The notes under the pieces are model-generated. The model was not told where the DNA came from. It made no database searches and saw only the letters and a list, made by a program, of their open reading frames with translations. A stretch of DNA of 63,970 nt, the filler included, from Stramenopiles sp. TOSAG23-2 (lineage: Eukaryota), in NCBI GenBank assembly GCA_900128395.1. It is 4 parts of 4 records of this genome, joined end to end, with 100 filler letters (N's around TTAATTAATTAA, not from the genome) between each part and the next. Parts side by side here need not be neighbours in the genome. Positions count along the whole stretch, not along the records: positions 48,381 to 63,970 come from LT649702.1; 3 more parts are not named here. One strand, 5' to 3'. Positions 56,351-63,970 of this stretch are shown in pieces. Each line of letters begins with the position of its first letter. Positions within the stretch are counted from its first letter, which is position 1. Position numbers and translations under genes: made by a program.

Positions 56351-59300
56351 TTACCGATCACTCGAAATGTAATTTTGAAAACTATGTCTAGATGAAGGTC
56401 GTTGCTGTTCTTCCATTTCTTGTATTTGCACATGACGGTTACCATTATTACGTCTTCCTTCTTTGCTGCTTTTTCTATCACGACGGTCATTGTTATCATC
56501 GTCATCTGAATCAATCATTTTTGATGATGATGTTCTTGATTGTTGCTTCAAGTCTTCCAATTGATCCATTTCTTGTATTTGCACATGACGGTTACCATTA
56601 TTACGTCTTCCTTCTTTGCTGCTTTTTCTATCACGACGGTCATTGTTATCATCGTCATCTGAATCAATCATTTTTGATGATGATGTTCTTGATTGTTGCT
56701 TCAAGTCTTCCAATTGATCTTCTAAATCTTCAATATAATATTCTACATCATTAATTTGTGCTTCAATTTCAGTTCTTTCTACACTATTAGCAGACGTTGT
56801 GATCCATTCTGCTGCTGCATATAAACGTCGTAAATGTGTTTGCTGTCTGCGTATCTCATTTTCAAAATATCGTGCTTGACGTTGTGGTGTACCAGATACG
56901 GTACTTAATCTTGAGCTAGCACGACTACCGATGGATGAACGCGAAGATGGACGCCGTTGCGGATTTTCTGGAAAGTCCTTACGACTTCTTGGTTTTCTTC
57001 TATAATTATCATCATCATGATCATTATCATTTCGCCTACGACGTTCATATGATTGTTCTCGAGCTCGACGTTTTTCATCATAATCTCCATTGTTATTAGC
57101 TTTCTTACGCCTTCGATGTTCCATAACTGCTTTGTCTATGCTATTATTATCTTTCTTATTATTAGTATGATTGTTATTGCGATAATCATCTCCACTGCCT
57201 TTCTCTCGTGATCTTCTCTTTTCCAATCTTTGCTCAGTGCTATCGCGTTGTTTCCTTGGAGGTTTTCGTTTGCTATTATTGTTGTCATAATTATTAATAT
57301 CCACATCTTGCTCGTTATCATTATCATCATTTTTATCTCGTCGATTTCTTCTCCTATTGGCGCTTCTATTTTGTCGTTTATCTCGATTTTTTCTATCATA
57401 ATCCTCTTCTTCTTCCTCCTCCTCCTCCTCCTCCTCATATCGTTGTCTTTTATTTTCATCACTTACACGATCTTGTTCACGTTGTTTTTGTAAATGTTGT
57501 TGTATCTGACTACGTCGATTATTTTTATATCCACGTTGAGTATGAGGAACTGGCTCACCTAAATCAAATCTATTTAAACGATTTGGTTCTATTTTATTAT
57601 GCCTTTCCCTTGGTATTAAATTTGAATCCAACGATCCACGACTTGAGCCTCTACTATTTCTGCTATTGCTTCTCCTATTATTATTATTATTATTATTATT
57701 ATTACTCATATTTGTATCACGACTATTTAATGAAGATCGTATTGAAGCATTTGATCCTCTTTCTGCTTCTTCGCGTCGCCTTTCCCAATCGCGTATACGT
57801 GCACGATAACTTGGAGTACTTGATACAATACTTTGCCTTTCATCATCATCTTCACTGTAATATTCTTCCTCCTCTTCATCATTATAAGTGTCTTGTGCAT
57901 ATTTACGATCACGTCTATTTTGATTTTGCCTTTGTTTTTGTTGTTCACGTTCCATTTCCTCCGCCTTTTCACGCTCACGTCGCTTTTCTTGTTGTCTTGC
58001 AACATGTTTTTCATATTTATTATATTGCCTTTTATCATTACTTTTTTCTCTGTACACAACATTATCATCGTCGTTCTCCCCTTCTTGCATTTTCGATGAT
58101 CCTAATAACGAAGCTCTATCAGAAGCATTGCTTCGCATGGATGAACGATCATCTCTTCTTATTTTATTCTTCCGTCTTGCCTCGTCTAATTTTCTATGAT
58201 GTCTTGCAATCCAATCTTCTTCATCTTTTTTCACAGCAGCTAGTTTTTGCTTCTCCTTCTTACGTTCTTTAGCATATTGATCATCACGTTCGTCATAGTT
58301 ATTGGAAGCTCGATCTTCCTCACGATATTCGTTTCGGCTTCTTCTACGATTGTTGTTGCGATCATCATCATCATCATTTTGATTTCTTTGTCTTCTCCTT
58401 TCTTTCACATCATTATAATCCCTTCTTTCAGCTTTTCCATTATTATTCTTATCTGCGTGCCTTTTATTGCCAGATGGTGGACGATCACTTTTAACAGAAC
58501 CAGCTCTAGAGTTTTTGTATTTACGACGTGAACTAGTTGATTGAGGACGATGTTGATCTTGAGAAGATCGAGGTGGTTTATCACCCATCGTTGATCCAGC
58601 TCTTGAATTATTACTTGCGCTTTTTCGACTATGTGCAGTTTTTGGCCGATCATTGTATTTACTTTTACTTTTATTACTATGTTTATTATTATGAAAATTT
58701 GTCATTGGTGGCCTATCACCCATCGTCGAACCAGCTCTTGAGTTACTTTTTCTACTTCTACCCCCTTCACTTCCATTTCTTTTATGACGACGACGATTTC
58801 TATTCCAATTATCTTCTGATAATTTTTCATTAATTGGATTTTTCTTATTATTATTCCCATTTCGATTTGATTTTTTCGTCATATCTCTTGTATTTCCATG
58901 TTCATCTTCTGTATCCCCACTTTCATCACCGCTTTCATCATGGTGATTTCGAGAACGATCACGACGATTGTTAGTATTTTCAATATTTTTACGTTGTACT
59001 TTATTATCATTAGTATCTTGTTTTTGCTTTGTTTTTACAAGATTATTATTATCACCATTATCATTACCATCATTCATATCCTCTTCATCCAATACATTGT
59101 CCAACCATCCAAGTATCTCACGTATACGTGGCCGTTTAGATTGATCTTTATTTAACATAGCAGCAATTAAATCTACTAAAAATGTAGAATAATGTTCTGG
59201 TATTGGATCGTATTTTCCTTTACTAATAGCATTTGCTAATGCCATTAAATTTTTACCAGAAAATGGATGTTCCAAAGCAGCTAATTCATATAAAACAACA

Positions 59301-60019
59301 CCTAATGACCAAATATCAGTCAATTCATTATATGGTTTATTTTCACATAATTCAGGACTTGCATATAATGGTGTACCATAAAATGTATTTACCATGACAG
59401 TTTCTATTGATAATTCACGCCCTACTCCTAAATCTCCAATTTTAACAATTGGGACAGCATCATCGTCGTCATCACTATCATCATCATTTACATTGCCACC
59501 AATAATAAGACTACTTGTTTTTTCCCTCCTATTATTATTATTTCTAGTAACATTTTTTGGTTTATCTAATAAAATATTTAATGTTTTGATATCACGATGA
59601 ATAATACCCATTTCATGCAAAGCACATACACCTTTGCATATTTGTTGAAAAATTCGAAGCACAACCTTTTCTGGGTAATATTTCTGCTTCGACCGTCGTT
59701 TTAATATTTGTTTATATAAATCACCACCAGTTGCATATTCTAATACCATGAAAAACGATCCTGATCTAGAAGTTGCACTATTTGCTCTAAAATGTCCATA
59801 ACATCGTATAACGTTTGGATCTTGAACTTTTTCCAATAATTCCACTTCATGCTCCATCACTCCACGTCCACGTCCTAGTTCTGGTGCACGCCTTTCCTTC
59901 AATACAACCATTTCACCACTCCTACGAACACGTGCTTTGTATACTGCACCAGTATTGGATCGAAAAATTTCTTCTATAATATGAAAATCACTTTTACTGA
60001 ATGATTCAAGATTAATCAT
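56351..60019 (-). CDS. NIMA-related kinase (NEK) with a long charged, low-complexity C-terminus
   Basis: VVLKE, VLEYATGGDL, HRDIKTLNILL, KIGDLG, GTPLYASPELCENKPYN and DIWSLG. Confidence 0.92.
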   Translation of the reverse strand: MINLESFSKSDFHIIEEIFRSNTGAVYKARVRRSGEMVVLKERRAPELGRGRGVMEHEVELLEKVQDPNVIRCYGHFRANSATSRSGSFFMVLEYATGGDLYKQILKRRSKQKYYPEKVVLRIFQQICKGVCALHEMGIIHRDIKTLNILLDKPKNVTRNNNNRREKTSSLIIGGNVNDDDSDDDDDAVPIVKIGDLGVGRELSIETVMVNTFYGTPLYASPELCENKPYNELTDIWSLGVVLYELAALEHPFSGKNLMALANAISKGKYDPIPEHYSTFLVDLIAAMLNKDQSKRPRIREILGWLDNVLDEEDMNDGNDNGDNNNLVKTKQKQDTNDNKVQRKNIENTNNRRDRSRNHHDESGDESGDTEDEHGNTRDMTKKSNRNGNNNKKNPINEKLSEDNWNRNRRRHKRNGSEGGRSRKSNSRAGSTMGDRPPMTNFHNNKHSNKSKSKYNDRPKTAHSRKSASNNSRAGSTMGDKPPRSSQDQHRPQSTSSRRKYKNSRAGSVKSDRPPSGNKRHADKNNNGKAERRDYNDVKERRRQRNQNDDDDDRNNNRRRSRNEYREEDRASNNYDERDDQYAKERKKEKQKLAAVKKDEEDWIARHHRKLDEARRKNKIRRDDRSSMRSNASDRASLLGSSKMQEGENDDDNVVYREKSNDKRQYNKYEKHVARQQEKRREREKAEEMEREQQKQRQNQNRRDRKYAQDTYNDEEEEEYYSEDDDERQSIVSSTPSYRARIRDWERRREEAERGSNASIRSSLNSRDTNMSNNNNNNNNNRRSNSRNSRGSSRGSLDSNLIPRERHNKIEPNRLNRFDLGEPVPHTQRGYKNNRRSQIQQHLQKQREQDRVSDENKRQRYEEEEEEEEEEEDYDRKNRDKRQNRSANRRRNRRDKNDDNDNEQDVDINNYDNNNSKRKPPRKQRDSTEQRLEKRRSREKGSGDDYRNNNHTNNKKDNNSIDKAVMEHRRRKKANNNGDYDEKRRAREQSYERRRRNDNDHDDDNYRRKPRSRKDFPENPQRRPSSRSSIGSRASSRLSTVSGTPQRQARYFENEIRRQQTHLRRLYAAAEWITTSANSVERTEIEAQINDVEYYIEDLEDQLEDLKQQSRTSSSKMIDSDDDDNNDRRDRKSSKEGRRNNGNRHVQIQEMDQLEDLKQQSRTSSSKMIDSDDDDNNDRRDRKSSKEGRRNNGNRHVQIQEMEEQQRPSSRHSFQNYISSDR
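56412..56717. repeat. Exact 153-nt tandem duplication (in frame, NEK C-terminus)
   Basis: 56412-56564 = 56565-56717. Confidence 0.92.
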
Positions 60020-60584
60020 TTTTTTTAGACTATTATTATTTAAAATAAAAAAATAAATGTGGTCTTTCTTCTTTTACATAAATGTCTATATATATATATG
60101 ATGCACAATAAAGGAAATAAAAACAAACTTTTTGTAGTTTGATTTAATGCTCTATATATCAATACTATTTCCAGATAATATATTGGAATGAATAAATGAA
60201 ATGGAAGAAAGGAGCAATTTGTCTATGAATCAGTTTAATATATATAATTTATTAAGTTTTGAAAAAAAAAATATAACTGTTTTTGGTGCTTTGTTTGTTG
60301 AGATGATTGATAAGATTTTAGACAAGTATTATAGTTATTACACTATCAGATTACATAGGAGAAAAGTAAATCTTCATTCTAGTTTCTTTTCTATAGTTAA
60401 TATAATTTCATCCCAACACATGAAGAAGAAATGAGTGTAATTACAATATTATATACAGTATATATATTGCAGTATTCTTATTATTAAAAAGTACACAAAC
60501 GCACACACACACAAACGCACACACATCCCCAGGTTCACATTATTCCTACTTTCCAGCATCTATAGTTTTACAATTTCCCAAAAT

Positions 60585-60816
60585 TTATTTTTTTTTATGA
60601 AGATTTGAACTATAAATACCTTTCTTTACAACACTATGAACGGCATATGTTTTTGGTGTGGAGGACGGTTTCAATGGTGGTCGTTCACGTAATTTTTCTG
60701 GAATTGCTTCAAATCTTTCTTTTGCTCGACCAATACGTACATCATCCATATCTTCTGGCATATGAGGCGGGAAATTTGTATGTGAACCATCGGTATTATG
60801 ATGTCCAAAATAACCT
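60585..60816 (-). CDS. 3' end of a gene that runs into the N gap
   Basis: Open frame GYFGHHNTDG...RERPPLKPSSTPKTYAVHSVVKKG...KKK* with the stop at 60585-60587. Confidence 0.6.
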
Positions 60817-61417
60817 NNNNNNNNNNNNNNNNNNNNNNNNNNNNNNNNNNNNNNNNNNNNNNNNNNNNNNNNNNNNNNNNNNNNNNNNNNNNNNNNNNNN
60901 NNNNNNNNNNNNNNNNNNNNNNNNNNNNNNNNNNNNNNNNNNNNNNNNNNNNNNNNNNNNNNNNNNNNNNNNNNNNNNNNNNNNNNNNNNNNNNNNNNNN
61001 NNNNNNNNNNNNNNNNNNNNNNNNNNNNNNNNNNNNNNNNNNNNNNNNNNNNNNNNNNNNNNNNNNNNNNNNNNNNNNNNNNNNNNNNNNNNNNNNNNNN
61101 NNNNNNNNNNNNNNNNNNNNNNNNNNNNNNNNNNNNNNNNNNNNNNNNNNNNNNNNNNNNNNNNNNNNNNNNNNNNNNNNNNNNNNNNNNNNNNNNNNNN
61201 NNNNNNNNNNNNNNNNNNNNNNNNNNNNNNNNNNNNNNNNNNNNNNNNNNNNNNNNNNNNNNNNNNNNNNNNNNNNNNNNNNNNNNNNNNNNNNNNNNNN
61301 NNNNNNNNNNNNNNNNNNNNNNNNNNNNNNNNNNNNNNNNNNNNNNNNNNNNNNNNNNNNNNNNNNNNNNNNNNNNNNNNNNNNNNNNNNNNNNNNNNNN
61401 NNNNNNNNNNNNNNNNN
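60817..61417. other. Scaffold gap (601 N)
   Basis: Run of N without the linker. Confidence 0.98.
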
Positions 61418-61589
61418 TACCGTAAAAAAAGATATGTTGTTGTTGTCCTCCTGTTGTTGTCGTCTGTTGTTGTTTGTTATTTCAGAAACATTGATGAAAG
61501 TATTAAAAGTATATAATTAAACTGTATAAATGAAAGACCTCTATAATTAAGATATTTTTGTAGCGTGAATGTATATGTAATAATACAAC

Positions 61590-63970
61590 ATGAAATATCC
61601 ATTTTGTTGTTGTTTAATAATATTTTTTTTATTATGTTTACAAATCCATGCAGACGGTGATTTTGCTTCAGATGGCGACAATGATGATAACGACGACGAC
61701 GATAGTACTTTACATAAAATCACTTGTACAGATAAAAATAATAATGCTTGTTATGGTAGTGGTACAGTAATTACACATGGAGGAAGACCAAATGACGATT
61801 TGCTTTTAGAGTGTAAGGGAGAAGATGTATGCAAAGATATCACATTGAAATGTCCACCAAACGCTGATTGTTTAGTCACTTGTAAAGGCAAAGTGGCATG
61901 TGGCGGAGACTTTAAAATAAATTGTGGAAATAAAGAAAAACTATGCGCAATATTAGATATTGGTATAACTGATAAAGATTGGAAAGGTTCTCAGAAAAAC
62001 ATCAAATTTAACAATATACCACAATGCGATGATGTTGAAGTGATTTATTCATATGATGATTCACTAAATAATTATTTATGGAGTTTTGATAACAATGGAG
62101 TAGTTAAAGAAATCCAATATTGTAAAGGACAAAGTAGAAGTACAGGTGTTAATTCAATGTTTATTCCATATTGTCCATCAACATGTGATAAATGTTTTGT
62201 TCCTGCATCTAGCCCTTCCAATTTTAAATGCTTTGATGAGCCTAATAGTAACCAATACAGGGAAAGTAATTGTAACAATTTCTATGACAACAAATTGCAT
62301 GTTTGGTGCGAAGCAATTACTAGTTGCAAAGATGTGAATGTGAATAATCCTTCAAACCATGGCAATACCGGTACATGTTCATCTACACTTTCTCCTGGTG
62401 GTACATGTCAACCCAATTGTAATAAAGGATATGAACCAAGTGGTGCAACAAAATGCAATGATAAAACCGAATTAATACGTACAACATGCAATGAATGTTC
62501 ACCTGGTAGTTATAAGGTTGGTGTGAATGCAAATTTATGCCAGCCATGGAGTACTACAGAATGTTCTCCTGGATTTGAACTCAAAGGTGGTAGCACTACT
62601 GAAGATAAATCATGTTATAAATGTGAAAATGGAAAATATAAAAAAGGTCAAAATTCAAATAGTTGTCAATCATGGGATACAATAGCATGTGGTCCTGGGT
62701 ATGAATTGATTAATGGCAATACAACACATGATAGAACTTGTATTGAATGTGAAAATGGAAAATATAAAAAAGGACAAAATGCAAATAGTTGTCAACCACA
62801 TACCACTTCATGTAGCAATCCAGCCCAATATAATTTAGTTCCTGGTACAAAGACAAAGGATGCTATTTGCATAAAAAAAGAGAAAGAAATTTGCAATGCA
62901 ATATTTCAAAAAAAAATAAATAAATGTTGGAATTGTCAATATAACGTAAATCAAAAATCTTGGGGAGCAAGTTTTCCCCCAAATGGTAATTTTGCTTGGT
63001 GCAATGTAGTCAAAACGGTCAGAAAAACATGTAATGAATGCTGCAGTAGACCTGTGCCGCCAAAACCTGTATATCCTAATATTATCGTCTCTGAATTACG
63101 TATCCCATTTGATTATTCTTTCAACATATTGACATCTGAAACATGTCGAGATGCATTGGAATTAGTATCATGTACGTCAAATAATACAGATGAAGTTACT
63201 GTTGATTATGTTAAATTCGATGGGCATGTACATAAAAACATGTCAAGATATATATTGCAAATTTCAGGTGTCATGGATTATATTAATCTCGATGGAAACC
63301 AATTTGCAAGTATTGAATGTATGACAAATTATGGATCTTCTCATTCTTATTTAGTTGAAAATCAAGATATTTTATTTCCATTCTATGAATTTGAAATATT
63401 AACAACAGGAACAGACTGTAATTTCTTATTTGCAGGTCGTAGATTTCAAATAAATGCGCTAGGGAAAATGGAAGGGCCAACTTTTTTCAATAATAATATA
63501 ACGCGCATATATATATCGGGAAAATTAATATCAAATGAGACATTTCTATTGAATGAAAATGGGCGTTCCATATCTTTTATAGTACCGACGGAGGGGATAT
63601 GTTCTAAATTAGATTGTGAAGTTAGATTACATATTGAAAACAACTTTCATACGTTTATATCATCATCAAGTGTTCAAAGTGCACATTATACAAAATCTTC
63701 TTGCCACAATAATCCAAAATGTAAAGAAATCCCAGATGATTATCGAGATTATCCTTCAAATAATTGCCCATATGGCCATGCAGGGCAGTGTAAGTCATGT
63801 CCATTGGGAGCGAGGTGCCCTGGAGGTGATAGAATATGGGCGTTGCCTGGATTTGCAAGCATCATGGATTTTGAAACGAATATGCAAGTGATTGAACCTT
63901 GCCCAACTCCTGCGGAAAGATGCTTAGGATATCAAGAAAAAGCAAACGGGGAAAAATGTGCTATTGGTTA
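61590..63970 (+). CDS. Large Cys-rich extracellular/receptor-like protein with TNFR/GCC2-like repeats; 3'-partial and absent from the ORF track
   Basis: Manual translation from ATG 61590 (MKYPFCCCLIIFFLLCLQIHA) stays open to the window end; repeats CENGKYKKGQN(S/A)NSCQ; ends CPLGARCPGGDRIWALPGF...CAIG. Confidence 0.85.
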   Translation, partial: MKYPFCCCLIIFFLLCLQIHADGDFASDGDNDDNDDDDSTLHKITCTDKNNNACYGSGTVITHGGRPNDDLLLECKGEDVCKDITLKCPPNADCLVTCKGKVACGGDFKINCGNKEKLCAILDIGITDKDWKGSQKNIKFNNIPQCDDVEVIYSYDDSLNNYLWSFDNNGVVKEIQYCKGQSRSTGVNSMFIPYCPSTCDKCFVPASSPSNFKCFDEPNSNQYRESNCNNFYDNKLHVWCEAITSCKDVNVNNPSNHGNTGTCSSTLSPGGTCQPNCNKGYEPSGATKCNDKTELIRTTCNECSPGSYKVGVNANLCQPWSTTECSPGFELKGGSTTEDKSCYKCENGKYKKGQNSNSCQSWDTIACGPGYELINGNTTHDRTCIECENGKYKKGQNANSCQPHTTSCSNPAQYNLVPGTKTKDAICIKKEKEICNAIFQKKINKCWNCQYNVNQKSWGASFPPNGNFAWCNVVKTVRKTCNECCSRPVPPKPVYPNIIVSELRIPFDYSFNILTSETCRDALELVSCTSNNTDEVTVDYVKFDGHVHKNMSRYILQISGVMDYINLDGNQFASIECMTNYGSSHSYLVENQDILFPFYEFEILTTGTDCNFLFAGRRFQINALGKMEGPTFFNNNITRIYISGKLISNETFLLNENGRSISFIVPTEGICSKLDCEVRLHIENNFHTFISSSSVQSAHYTKSSCHNNPKCKEIPDDYRDYPSNNCPYGHAGQCKSCPLGARCPGGDRIWALPGFASIMDFETNMQVIEPCPTPAERCLGYQEKANGEKCAIG

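Noticed and set aside
60605..61520. Plus-strand ORFs through the N gap
   Set aside because: Artefacts of translating N
1..63970. Alternative genetic code
   Set aside because: Conserved genes read uninterrupted, TAA, TGA and TAG all end ORFs, and the breaks are explained by introns or duplications
1..63970. tRNA, rRNA or transposase genes
   Set aside because: No recognisable cloverleaf, rRNA or transposase/RT motifs seen

Overview
AT-rich, gene-dense, intron-poor eukaryotic DNA with many (AAT)n poly-Asn tracts. It resembles a heterotrophic protist, possibly a stramenopile, from a single-cell or metagenome assembly, but the taxon is an inference. The window is not one locus. Four ~16 kb contigs (1-16069, 16170-32187, 32288-48280, 48381-63970) are joined by artificial 100-nt N44-TTAATTAATTAA-N44 spacers, and there is a 601-N gap at 60817-61417. 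About 27 genes are present, including UNC-93-like, CIA30/NDUFAF1, SLC37-like, RecQ/BLM, BMS1, PPase, MFS, MATE, erlin, NMNAT-like, NEK and a partial giant DUF3638/DUF3645 ATPase. The most notable item is a ~1400-aa gene, split by exact tandem duplications, that appears to fuse a dual-specificity phosphatase with RAMA-like, MBD-like and Tudor-like reader domains. Other points of interest are a membrane-anchored two-domain Cu-only-type SOD, a myristoylated WD40-pseudokinase, three dispersed intergenic repeat families clustering around an LRR gene with variable beta-strands, and a recurrent ACTTCGTA motif just downstream of stop codons. All domain calls come from motifs read by eye; no searches were run.
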